64,000 bases of DNA from Macrostomum hystrix (Eukaryota > Animalia > Platyhelminthes), in NCBI GenBank assembly GCA_950097015.1, contig CATNEN010000033.1, forward strand, positions 4,402,001-4,466,000, in the 5' to 3' direction. Shown in pieces: positions 1-12,376 of this stretch (positions within the stretch are counted from its first letter, which is position 1; the number at the start of each line of letters is the position of its first letter). The position numbers were made by a program, and so were the translations under genes. The notes under the pieces were generated by a model. The model was not told the DNA's origin, did not search any database, and saw only the letters and a list, made by a program, of their open reading frames with translations.

Positions 1-241
1 GGCGGCGCCAGGCAGACGGCGCAGCCCAGGCCGCGGTCCTGCTGGGCTCGAGCAACTTGCTCAGCGCTCAGCGTCCACCAGTCGTCGCCCGAGGCCAGCC
101 GGCGCAGCAGAGAGCGCTGCTGCCATTCAACGAAGCCGATGCGCAGCCGGCAGAGCTGCTCCTCCAGGATTGGCTCGGCATCCAGCGACTCTTGACGTCG
201 GCAGCGCGAGGCCCGGTGCTGGGAGCGAGCAGCGAGGAACT
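1..241 (-). CDS. Internal exon of a RING-finger protein (RNF32-like), continues beyond the window start
   Basis: Acceptor CCAG at 245-242 on the minus strand. The frame reads EFLAARSQHRASRCRRQESLDAEPILEEQLCRLRIGFVEWQQRSLLRRLASGDDWWTLSAEQVARAQQDRGLGCAVCLAP. The terminal C-x2-C-L-A-P preceded by a W-containing helix resembles the start of the second RING of RNF32 (from memory). GC-rich, coding-like composition. Confidence 0.5.
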
Positions 242-3200
242 CTGGTGTCAGAGAACGACAGCTGCACATGTTGCCAGCTAAGGAGATGAAAAATGGCATG
301 TTTAATGTAGTCTGTGTAACACATTCCTGACACCAAACAGCAATGCAATTCCTCAATGGAAAGAAATATTCTTTAGTTTCTCTTGTTTAAATACTGTTTC
401 TAATTAGCAAAATAACTATAAACTTCTTTCTTTGAGGCACAAATCTTACTAGTGGAAATCTAGAAGAATCTTAGAAATCTGGTAGAGGTGGATATAGGCC
501 CTAGAAACACCTTTCTAGGGCCTATATCTGTTTAATTAAATTCTATAAATACAAAAACTCTTGACAGTTTATTTTGGTTTAAAGCAAATGTGAGAATATC
601 ATGGTACACTGTATTGCTTTCAAAAAGTAGCAATGTGGGAAAAACTACCAGATTTTTTATTAATACTAAACACTTTTAACTGGTTGCTAGCTAATCACAA
701 GTTTTCAAAAGACACCTAAAAATACTATACTGAAAATCATGACTTGGCACTAACACCTAGAAGGCTGTGTAGGCCTACACTAATATGAGTTTCAGTGTTT
801 CATATTAAACATAAGCTTTAGTCTGAAAGCATTTACTTATTGCAGAAAGTTTTCTAAAATTTAGGTAGTGAAAGCAAAAGCAGCTCCTTGTCTTTCATAA
901 ATGAATGGGTCTACATTGGAATATTGAATAAAAGCAATTATTCCCGATTTATATGCATTCTTAATTATATATATATTCATAATTAGATAAATAAAAACAT
1001 GAAAAAGCAACAAAAATATGCAAATAGTGACAGGCGAAAATCTGGCGAAAAAAATACGCTTTTTGTTCGATTATCATGATCTTGGTTATTGCTGCCAAGT
1101 GCCAACACTGATGAGTCCACATTTTGCAATAGTTGGATAACCGATTCTAAGAAATACTCTTTTTTGAATCTCGACTCGAGCTACTTCAGGAAAATTAGGA
1201 AATATCATTGTACATGTTAAACCCAAGGACCTTTGTCCATTGTTAAACCTTTTCGCACAATTTGTCTAAACGTATACAGACAAGTAAAATTATTTATATA
1301 CAAATATAAAAATTAGAAAAAAACTTACTTATCAACACAAAAAGTAGCCTTTTGTACGCTTCAATACATGAAACTGTTACAAGGCACCACAAAACACCGG
1401 TAAAACTACAGTCAAATAACAAATCATGTGCAGTTGTTGTATACAAACATATATTAGACACTTATTATTGTTGTTTATTGCAGCAGCAATATAATTTGTC
1501 GAATAATTTTTACATATATACAAATTATCACAACATTATGCCTTTAGCTAATTATACATCTTGCTGCACATTTTCAACACAGCATTTTCAGTGACATTAA
1601 TTGAAATCGTATTTTCTTGCGTATTTAATACAAATATTCCTTATTCACTAATTCTACATAGAAGGCTTTCAGTTCTTTCAAATTTTTAAGACAAAATGTT
1701 ACTTTTTGTTGGTAGCTTAATATTCATATACTTGTATTTACTTGTATTTACATTCCTAGTTAATGCTTATAAAGTAGAAATAGCATATTCCTAATTATTT
1801 TTTCATAGGGGCTATATTTTCTAGTACTTTCTTGAGTGGAAAGTACCATTAAGCCATCATAAGCGTCTAACGAGGCTAAAGCATAATTATGTTTCTAGAT
1901 TTACGATTTTTCGCAGTTGCAGTCTTAATATTTTTTTTAACAATTTGTGTTTTTTGTAAACTCAAAATGTGTCTCAAAACAGAACTAACGGAAATACCTA
2001 GAAGTGTTGTAGCATTTTTGTGAGCTTATATACAATATCATATTTTAAATAACAGTTTCTGTCATTTTCTGTATCAGATTTTTCTGTTTAGATGTAGCTT
2101 TCATCTCATAGTCAATGACACTGAAATTCTTCAATACATACATACGAGTGCGCGTTTTCTATTTTGGTAGAGAGGAAAAAATAGATATAAGTTAATATAC
2201 TAAACAAGCACACAAGCACACGAGTAAAACTTGAGTATAAATATATTTTTTAACAAATGCACCTTTGTGTTTATATTTAATAAATATTTGTGTTAATAAA
2301 CTATTCAAAGCACTTGCAAGCCCGTCCAGACGAATATTTTTCGAAACTGCAAGCATAACAATTATCGGTTCTGATTTCCAACCAAATTTTACTTCATATC
2401 CCCATAGCCTTCTCATTCTAACTTGTATTTGACCCAACAAGACTGCCGCGAATTTTCCCTTCCACCGCCTGCTGTCCTCCTCCGAGTAGCCCCCCCCGTT
2501 TTCTTCTCCCACCGCTTCCCATCGAGTGGCGGGACAGATCGATGCTGGGCCTCATTTGGGATCAATAATCCAGCAATTTTTCCTAGAACTTGCCGCTCCG
2601 CTTGGCGTCTCCCGAATGCGAGCTCCTCTACCAGCCGTGTTTTCTCTTCCCTGTTTTCCCCTCTTCCCCTTCACTCTCGCTCTCGCTGGAAATCTCGGAG
2701 GAAACATTCACTCCTTAGGCCAGATTTTGTGCTGGAGTTGGAGGAAATGAAGACGGGGCTAGAAGACGCACTGCGAATTACACGGCGCAGTCGGAACTGA
2801 CCCTCGAAATTGGTTTCAGCCGCACTGCCTGCCACTCACAGCTTCGCTGGCCTTGCCAAAACCATTCGCAAGTACAAACTAATGAAAAAGCATAAAGGAA
2901 TGTTTAATTAAATTCTATAAATACGAAAACTCTTGACAGACCATATCGATTCTGTTTGCCTGACTTCTCCTACTCAATTTTCTGAGTAATTTTGCCCAAA
3001 AGCGGGACAAGCTGAGTAGATTTCTCATCAGGCTCACTGCTCCTCATCTAGCCCACCGCTCCCCGCACTGGTGCCACTGAGCTTGCTGTGCAAGTCTTCT
3101 TCTAACTAGACGAGGAGACGGAGGCGATAGCCAGAGAAGGCTTTGAGTTGCACTTTAGCCTCGGGGACCTGGGGGTTAATAATGCGCCGCTGGCGCCCCG

Positions 3201-4485
3201 CCAGCTCTCTCCCCTCAGCCCCAGTGGGGAGGCCACCAGGTCCAGATAACCGAGCTGCTGCAGTGCCGGCCATTAGTATCCGCAGACTCGGCTGCAGTGC
3301 CTGGGGCATGTTCCCCGGCCCCGCCTGGCAGGCAGCTCGCGTTGCGGCCCTCCTTCCTCTCCTCCTTTTTGCGCCTGCTTTAAGAGCTCTTTGTGTACGC
3401 CGATCCGCTGGCTGCCTGCCCAACGGCCAGGAGAGACCGAGAGGGGAGAGATGCTTGCGTGGCAACACAAGGGCTCTCGGTGCACCCTTACACACAGCAT
3501 GCCTGGCTAGCAATGCTCTCCACTCTCTCCTCGCCCTCGGCGCCTCACTCTCCCTCTCGCTCTTCTTACCATCCTCTCCTCGGTTTCCCACTCTATCCCT
3601 TTCATTCCGCCACCCCGATGTGACTGCCCTCCAACACCCTCGAGTGCCGTCAAGCAAATCCCCGCAGCCGTTGTCGCCAACCTTCCTCTTGTCTCGGCCT
3701 CTCGCTAATTTCCTCCCCTGCGACACCAGGGTCTCGAAATCCCGGGATTTTTTTAGTTCAACGTCCTGGTTTTTCTACTAGTGCCTAAAATGCGACGGAG
3801 GGGACAATGATGCCATTCCTGCTGTGCTGGCGACTCCAGCCCAGCTCTGCGACTATTCTTATTAATCTAGGTTGATCCGTGTACTTTTTGTTTCCATTTT
3901 AACTATTTCTCTCAGCTCTGCTCCACTGACAGTTCCCTAAAATCCTCTTCCCCTCTCTATTCTTCCCCCCCTGGCCTTTCCCAGTCAATTTTCCCGGAGG
4001 AGAAGCATTCGCGGCTTTTTGTGGGATTTACGATGGCCGCGCCACGCCTGCAATCCCATCCCATTCTGCCTTCCCCTATCGGCCCCACGCTTAGTTAAGC
4101 TTCCTTTTCTTCCCATCTGCTTTTTTTGCCCCTAGCCCACACACACAACCCCCACTCTAATGCTCTGCACTGCATGGCCGCTCTCCGCATTGTGCCGTTC
4201 CCACCATTTCCTACTCTGCTCACTGACTGTACAGTGCTCAGCTGCTCAGCTGCACTGCCTGCTGGATGCTGCCTGGGCTGAGAGCCAGGGAAATGGGAGC
4301 CTGGCTTCCATTACATTTATTAAATGCACTGAATGCATTCGCTGCACAATCTGAAGCCAGTCGGATTGGATTTCAATGAATTGAACGGCCCCGCTGCTAT
4401 TTAAGGAGCAACCATTCACAATGGGGTGCTGTTTTGTGTAGCAACTCTCATTAATCTAACCACTGAGTCCTCTCCCTCTCTTGCC

Positions 4486-4587
4486 CTAGGCGAAAAATCA
4501 ATAAAAATGTACTCGCCATCACATATATAGGCGATCTTATCATATCATCTGTTTTTCCTTCGCTCAACGCTCCTTTTTTTCGCCTAG
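4486..4587. mobile_element. Possible very short MITE-like inverted-repeat element
   Basis: 12-bp inverted repeats CTAGGCGAAAAA / TTTTTCGCCTAG about 100 bp apart; no clear TSD. Confidence 0.25.
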
Positions 4588-4978
4588 TATCGGACCGCTG
4601 CCGACTTTACTGTGAGCTAATATACATTGATTAATTCGCTAAGAAAATTCATTTATTTTTAGGTTTATGCATCGGCAAATATTTTTTTCTATAAAAAGTG
4701 CATCGACAGTTTTAGCTACCGTATGAGGCCGATCATAAATGATAAAACCGTAAATTATATTTCCTAAATTATATTTCTTCTTATATAACAAAGATTGCAC
4801 TGCGTGAAGAATTCTTAACTATTTCAAAATTTGCAAAGCACATTATTCTAACTTATTTTTCTAAAATTTTATTTGAAATATGTTTTAATGATTTTTCCTT
4901 ATTTCCCGGCGCCAATTTATCCAATAAAGTTGTTCTTTTTTATAGAGAAAAATCCTTTGACCGAAAGTGAGGCAAAAA

Positions 4979-7900
4979 ATGGCCGAAAAGTCCAATCACG
5001 ACGCCGCCACAGCCGACGGCGCCAATGCCGACGCAGCGGTTGCCGATGTTGACATCGACGTCGCCAACGAGGAGGCGCAGCCAAGCCGCGGCGCCGCCTT
5101 CATGCACTTCCTGTATAACCGGGACAGCGGCCAGGTTCTGGGCCGCACCGGAGAGTCCTGGGCCAAGATCTGCGCCTTCTACCTCGTGTACTACGTCTGC
5201 CTCGCCAGCTTCTTTGTCGGCATGCTGTCCGTGTTTCTCTATGGCATCATCGTGGACAGCAGGCCGCATCGGACAGGTGAGCCGTTCGGTCCTGGCCTCT
5301 TCAATACCGTTGCTTGTACTGCTTTTAGCATTCTAATTTAATGAATGGAATCTATGAGGCAGGCCCAACTTCATTAGTTGCATTTTCTCGTGCTTTTTCT
5401 TGGATACTTAGACGGCGAAACAGGATGTCTAATTAGCTAAAGTTGCTTCCTTGGCTAGATAACAGACGACAGTCACCATGTCTTCAGGAAGATTGAAGTG
5501 GGCCCCGCCTGCTTCACGAAGAAATATCTCTTAACAGAAAAATATCTCTTTTCCCTCGCGTTAGGCAATTTTCTTTAACTTTCAGCTTCTTGGCCACAAA
5601 GCCCATTTTGATCTCGTCTGGCTTAGAGTGACAGACAGGCGGGCAGGCGGAAGCATTTGATTGGTGACCAGCAAAGCTAAGTTCAGATGATTAGAGACCT
5701 CGACATTTTACCGCTGCTTTTAATTGCAATAGCATTTCTACAATGCATGCGTTTCTTATTTTAATATATTATGGAAATCCCTTTGCAATAGTTGTGAAAA
5801 CAGAACAGAATTTAGTTTGCATTTATTTTAGAATTATGAACGGTCTTCCTACTGAGATTATCCCACCGAGATTCCCCAGTGAGATTCCCCCACCGAGATT
5901 CCCTCACTGAGATTCCCCAGTGAGATTCCCCCACCGAGATTCCCTCACTGAGATTCCCCCACCGAGATTCCCTCACTGAGATTCCCTCACTGAGATTCCC
6001 TCACTGAGATTCCCCCACCGAGATTCCCCAGTGAGATTCCCTCACTGAGATTCCCTCACTGAGATTCCCCCACCGAGATTCCCTCACTGAGATTCCCTCA
6101 CTGAGATTCCCTCACTGAGATTCCCTCACTGAGATTCCCCCACCGAGATTCCCCACTGAGATTATCCCACCGAGATTCCCCACTGAGATTATCCCACCGA
6201 GATTCCCTCACTGAGATTCCCCAGTGAGATTCCATCACTGAGATTCCCTCACTGAGATTCCCCCACCGAGATTCCCTCAATGAGATTCCCTCACTGAGAT
6301 TCCCTCACTGAGATTCCCCATCGAGATTCCCCAGTGAGATTCCCCTACCGAGATTCCCTCACTGAGATTCCCTCACTGAGATTCCCTCACTGAGATTCCC
6401 CCACCGAGATTCCCCACTGAGATTATCCCACCGAGATTCCCCACTGAGATTATCCCACCGAGATTCCCTCACTGAGATTCCCTCACTGAGATTCCCTCAC
6501 TGAGATTCCCTCACTGAGATTCCCCCACCGAGATTCCCTCACTGAGATTCCCTCACTGAGATTCCCTCACTGAGATTCCCCCATCGAGATTCCCCAGTGA
6601 GATTCCCCCCACCGACATTCCCTCACTGAGATTCCCCCACCGAGATTCCCCACTGAGATTATCCCACCGAGATTCCCCACTGAGATTATCCCACCGAGAT
6701 TCCCCACTGAGATTATCCCACCGAGATTCCCCACTGAGATTATCCCACCGAGATTCCCTCACTGAGATTCCCCAGTGAGATTCCATCACTGAGATTCCCT
6801 CACTGAGATTCCCCCACCGAGATTCCCTCAATGAGATTCCCTCACTGAGATTCCCTCACTGAGATTCCCCATCGAGATTCCCCAGTGAGATTCCCCTACC
6901 GAGATTCCCTCACTGAGATTCCCTCACTGAGATTCCCTCACTGAGATTCCCCCACCGAGATTCCCCACTGAGATTATCCCACCGAGATTCCCCACTGAGA
7001 TTATCCCACCGAGATTCCCTCACTGAGATTCCCTCACTGAGATCCCCCCACCGAGATTCCCTCACTGAGATTCCCTCACTGAGATTCCCTCACTGAGATT
7101 CCCCCATCGAGATTCCCCAGTGAGATTCCCCCACCGAGATTCCCTCACTGAGATTCCCCCACCGAGATTCCCCACTGAGATTATCCCACCGAGATTCCCC
7201 ACTGAGATTATCGCACCGAGATTCCCCACTGAGATTATCCCACCGACATTCCCCAGTGAGATCGCCCCACTGAGATTCCCCCACCGAGATTCCCCACTGA
7301 GATTATCCCACCGACATTCCTCAGTGAGATCGCCCCACTGAGATTACCCCACCGAGATTCCCCACTGAGATTATCCCACCGAGATTCCCCACTGAGATTA
7401 TCCCACCGAGATTCCCCACTGAGATCGCCCCACTGAGATTCCCAACTGAGAACTCCCCACCGTCCCGCCGCCATCGCTTGAAGTCTCAGTCCTTGACGAC
7501 ACAACCCAAATTCAGGCGACAACTCGCTGCTGCAAATGAATCCCGGCATGGGATTCCGACCCCAGCCGGACATGGACAGCACTCTGATTGAATTCGTCCC
7601 CGACGATCCGTCCACCTACGCCCGCCACCTGGCCAACCTGCAGCACATGTACGACACATACAAGGAGATGGAGCTCAAGCCGAACATTGTGAATGTGCGC
7701 AAGGCCTGCGAACCCAACAGCCCGCCCGACAACGAGCCACTGAAGGTATGCCAGTCTGTATCTAAGCCTGTCAGCCTGTATCAAAGCCTGTCAGTCTGTA
7801 TCTAAGCCTGTCAGTCTGTATCTAAGCCTGTCAGTCTGTATCTAAGCCTGTCAGTCTGTATCTAAGCCTGTCAGTCTGTATCAAAGCCTGTCAGTCTGTA

Positions 7901-8967
7901 TCATAGCCTGTCAGCCTGTATCTAAGCCTGTCAGTCTGTATCATAGCCTGTCAGCCTGTATCAAAGCCTGTCAGTCTGTATCAAAGCCTGTCAGTCTGTA
8001 TCAAAGCCTGTCAGCCTGTATCTAAGCCTGTCAGTCTGTATCTAAGCCTGTCAGTCTGTATCTAAGCCTGTCAGTCTGTATCTAAGCCTGTCAGTCTGTA
8101 TCTAAGCCTGTCAGTCTGTATCTAAGCCTGTCAGTCTGTATCATAGCCTGTCAGTCTGTATCTAAGCCTGTCAGCCTGTATCTAAGCCTGTCAGCCTGTA
8201 TCTAAGCCTGTCAGTCTGTATCTAAGCCTGTCAGTCTGTATCAAAGCCTGTCAGTCTGTATCTAAGCCTGTCAGTCTGTATCTAAGCCTGTCAGCCTGTA
8301 TCTAAGCCTGTCAGTCTGTATCATAGCCTGTCAGTCTGTATCTTAGCCTGTCAGTCTGTATCTTAGCCTGTCAGTCTGTATCTTAGCCTGTCAGTCTGTA
8401 TCATAGCCTGTCAGTCTGTATCTTAGCCTGTCAGTCTGTATCTTAGCCTGTCAGTCTGTATCTTAGCCTGTCAGTCTGTATCTTAGCCTGTCAGTCTCTC
8501 ATCTCGCGCAGGTTTGCAAGTTCAACTGGACCCGCTGGCTGAAGGACTGCATTCCATCCAATAACTTTGGCTACTCCTCCCGCAAGCCCTGCGTGGTGCT
8601 GAAGATGAACCGCATCTTCGGCTGGCTGCCCGACCCTGTGGACCCCAAGGTGCCGCACCCGATGGTGCAGTGCGTCGGCGAGAATCCGGCTGACAGCGAG
8701 AGCATGGGCGAAATCAAATACTTTCCCTCGAATGTGACCAACCACACCGGCGTCCCGGCCACCCTGGGATTCTTTAACCAGGCCTACTTTCCCTTCGTGA
8801 AGCAGGTGGGATATCGGGCGCCCCTGGTGGCCATTCAGTTCACCAACCTGCGGCCCAACACGCTGGTCATGGTCCGCTGCATCCTGCGCAATCTGAAAAA
8901 CAGTCGCTACGACGCCGTGGACCGCGACGGCATGGTCCGCTTCGAGATGTTCATGCGCGATAAGTAG
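4979..8967 (+). CDS. ATP1B: Na+/K+-transporting ATPase beta subunit (nervana-like), 327 aa
   Basis: Exons 4979-5276, 7516-7745, 8512-8967; phases 1 and 0 match; 984 nt. Motifs: FLYNRDSGQVLGRTGESWAKICAFYLVYY, single TM, NPGMGFRPQP, CKF...DC...NFGY...PCVVLKMNRIFGWLP, YFPF...YRAPLVAIQF, six extracellular Cys. Confidence 0.95.
5851..7460. repeat. 14-15-bp minisatellite (GAGATTCCCTCACT / GAGATTCCCCCACC) in ATPase-beta intron 1
   Basis: Directly visible tandem variants; explains the ESRWDNLSG-type pseudo-ORFs. Confidence 0.95.
7750..8497. repeat. 20-bp minisatellite (TCTGTATCTAAGCCTGTCAG) filling ATPase-beta intron 2
   Basis: Tandem array running from about 5 nt after the donor to about 15 nt before the acceptor. 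Confidence 0.95.
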
Positions 8968-9087
8968 CCGCAGATCTTTGTCCGCGGACAGAGAACTCGG
9001 GTTGAACTTGAATTGACAAATCAATAGCTCACAGAATAGTCACAGAAATTTGGCCGTTGTTACACATTAATTACTTGTCTAACTCAA

Positions 9088-9310
9088 AGAACTTGTAGCC
9101 TAGTAGTTAGAACGTCGGAGTTATGACTTAAAGGTCGGGGTTCGATTCTCGACTTCACTGGAACATTTAGCAAGACACTTAACTCTGCATTGCTTCAGCT
9201 CACCCAGCTGTCAAATGTGTACCAGCATCAGCTGGGGTAATTAAGGGCTGGGTGTTGGGTTCATTCAGTCCATGGACTCAACAGCCGTACGCAGCCGCAG
9301 GGGACCATAA
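9088..9310 (+). mobile_element. tRNA-derived SINE, near full length, with a Meta/V/CORE-like central domain
   Basis: A-box TAGCCTAGTAGTTAG and B-box GGTTCGATTCT, then AGCAAGACACTTAACTCT...CACCCAGCTGTCAAATGTGTACC and tail CAGTCCATGGACTCAACAGC. Related pieces occur at 14385-14545, 14600-14700, 20870-21065, 42195-42303 and 54600-54655. Confidence 0.7.
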
Positions 9311-10619
9311 ACAAAGAGAAAATATTTACGTTGTCTACTTACAGTAAGATAAAAAAATACGATATTATTTTTCAATGGGAAGCACTAGAAAAATACTTAG
9401 CCTTTTCACTCATCGTATTTGAAAAGGAATAAAACATTGAAGATGTGTTTGTTCTAGCATAGCCTTTTTAAGTATAATCGTAGTTCATTACTATTTTCCC
9501 ATCAAATTGTGTATTCCATGCATCAGCAAGTATTGGAATATGAAATTATTTCCAGTTTTCACTGACAGGTAATTCACTAGTCTCACCGACTGCATAATGT
9601 TTTTGCTTCGTTTGTTTAATCGCTTATCAACTTTTTAGAGGCTTTTTTAAATCGGAATTTGCTCACTGGTGAAGCAGAATATGGATAGGACAGTTTTTTA
9701 TATATTTTTCATCGCAAACTCCGAACCTTCCTTAGTCTCTGTTGTTGCTATGGCCCGGAGAACTGTTAAGCTGCAGAGTGGCATGCATATTCACAAATGT
9801 ATTATGATCTGCCAGTCAGTTACCAGATTCCCAAACTGTCAGTAGATATTCCATCGCCCTGTACTCACAGCTTTTTTTATTTTCCCTTCCAAATGTAACA
9901 GGTAATATTTTTCACTGCTTAGCAACCACTATGCAATCACTGTGTCTGCACAGCTGAGATTTTTTAAAGTATTGTTCTGCCCCATTAGCAGCTTGATCGC
10001 TTTTTATTCTAGTCAATTTTTGTAACTTAGTAAAACAAAATTTGCTTTCTTTCGATGCTATTAACTGTCTTTTGTTTTAATTCATCGTCTAGAGTTGTGT
10101 TTTTATCGAAAATTACCCCAGACTGTTTCTGATACCTGAGACCGCTCGGTCCGGTCATACTACTAGCTATATTTCATCAGTAGTACCAACTGTTTCTCTT
10201 GTAGTTGAAAATGTCTATCTGTAGCACGGAAGCTATTGGGTTATTCTGGAAACTTGGGAGCGAGCCGGCACCCTTTCTTTTTGTCCTGCTTAGCCCAATT
10301 TTAGATTTTCACGATTTCAATTTTTTTATAGTCAGTGACCTCATGGACACACAGGACTTTACACAACAGTTAGCAATCAGGCTACCCTTTTGCATTAGAA
10401 ATCTACATAGAATACTTGATAACTTTGGAATCGAGATTTCAATTAAACGAATGCAATATATATATATATATTGTGTCTTGGCTTTTCCTTCTCGTGTTGG
10501 CATGTTTTCTTAACACCCCACAGACAAAGCTTTTCAATAGTGATGCTTTGGTGTCTTCCGTTTTTTCGCACTTGCTCACTTGAGTATTATCTGGCTTTAG
10601 ACTTTAATTTATAGAAATA

Positions 10620-11934
10620 CACTACCGGAATCGCAGCAAGAGCTACAGCTGGAATCGCGCTAGAGCTACAGCCAGAATCGCAGCAAGAGCAACAACCGGA
10701 ATCGCAGCTAGAGCTACCATAGCAACCAGTACTAGAATCGCAGCTAGAGCTACCATAGCAACCAGTACTAGAATCGCAGCTACAGCTACAATAGCAAACA
10801 GTACTAGAATCGCAGCTACAGCTTCCATAGCAACCAGTACTAGAATCGCAGCTAGAGCTACCATAGCAACCAGTACTAGAATCGCAGCTACAGCTACAAT
10901 AGCAAACAGTACTAGAATCGCAGCTACAGCTTCCATAGCAACCAGTACTAGAATCGCAGCTACAGCTACAATAGCAAACAGTACTAGAATCGCAGCTACA
11001 GCTTCCATAGCAACCAGTACTAGAATCGCAGCTAGAGCTACCATAGCAACCAGTACTAGAATCGCAGCTAGAGCTACCATAGCAACCAGTACTAGAATCG
11101 CAGCTACAGCTTCCATAGCAACCAGTACTAGAATCGCAGCTAGAGCTACCATAGCAACCAGTACTAGAATCGCAGCTACAGCTTCCATAGCAACCAGTAC
11201 TAGAATCGCAGCTAGAGCTACCATAGCAACCAGTACTAGAATCGCAGCTAGAGCTACCATAGCAACCAGTACTAGAATCGCAGCTAGAGCTACCATAGCA
11301 ACCAGTACTAGAATCGCAGCTAGAGCTACCATAGCAACCAGTACTAGAATCGCAGCTAGAGCTACCATAGCAACCAGTACTAGAATCGCAGCTACAGCTT
11401 CCATAGCAACCAGTACTAGAATCGCAGCTAGAGCTACCATAGCAACCAGTACTAGAATCGCAGCTAGAGCTACCATAGCAACCAGTACTAGAATCGCAGC
11501 TACAGCTACAATAGCAAACAGTACTAGAATCGCAGCTACAGCTTCCATAGCAACCAGTACTAGAATCGCAGCTAGAGCTACCATAGCAAACAGTACTAGA
11601 ATCGCAGCTACAGCTTCCATAGCAACCAGTACTAGAATCGCAGCTAGAGCTACCATAGCAAACAGTACTAGAATCGCAGCTACAGCTACAATAGCAAACA
11701 GTACTAGAATCGCAGCTACAGCTTCCATAGCAACCAGTACTAGAATCGCAGCTAGAGCTACCATAGCAACCAGTACTAGAATCGCAGCTAGAGCTACCAT
11801 AGCAACAAGTACTAGAATCGCAGCTACAGTTTCCATAGCAAACAGTACTAGAATCGCAGCTAGAGCTACCATAGCAACAAGTACTAGAATCGCAGCTACA
11901 GCTTCCATAGCAAACAGTACTAGAATCGCAGCTT
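10620..11934. repeat. 36-bp minisatellite (AGCTAGAGCTACCATAGCAACCAGTACTAGAATCGC)
   Basis: About 36 tandem copies in three recurring variants; produces the 421-aa minus-strand pseudo-ORF. Confidence 0.95.
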
Positions 11935-12376
11935 AGTGTTCACCACAGTAGCTATAAAGAGCCATATACACATGTAGTATTATGTATAAACATACCAGCG
12001 AAAGCCAATACTTGCTTTAGATTGGATGTTCTGAATAAAAAATCACAGTTTATTTGGGGATTCTCGACACGAGAACTCGATGTCAATAATCAGAATTTCA
12101 ACAGCGGTTTCTACCTATTGGAAACGCCGATTCAATTAAAGGGTCTCATCCTCTTGTGCTCAACCAACAACTCAATGGAGCTGTCACTGAGTTGCAGGCG
12201 ACGAGCTCACGATATGAGTCGAATGAGCTGATTGTTAACATTTATTTAAATTAAATCCGGTTAGTGTAATTTCCGAATATATTTAAAATATTTCCGTTTA
12301 AACGATTGTCCAATTTGAAGTGGACAATGGTGTCATCAAGATAGGGCCAGTTTCAGCCCTGGCAGCAATGTCTTCC

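Noticed and set aside
1105-1165. Hammerhead ribozyme at CTGATGAGTCC
   Set aside because: Stem II is not closed by a following GAAA core in the right position.
3106-3781. 206-aa and 212-aa overlapping ORFs as genes
   Set aside because: No recognisable domain, low-complexity GC-rich sequence, and no supporting splice or polyA pattern.
9088-9165. tRNA gene (also 42200-42270)
   Set aside because: It has A/B boxes but no complete cloverleaf or acceptor stem, and continues into a repeated SINE body.
10643-11908. 421-aa hydrophobic ORF (VLVAMVALAAIL)n on the minus strand
   Set aside because: It coincides exactly with a 36-bp array whose unit is a multiple of 3. A plus-strand frame (TRIAARATIATS)n is also stop-free. 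There is no unique N- or C-terminal domain or splice context.
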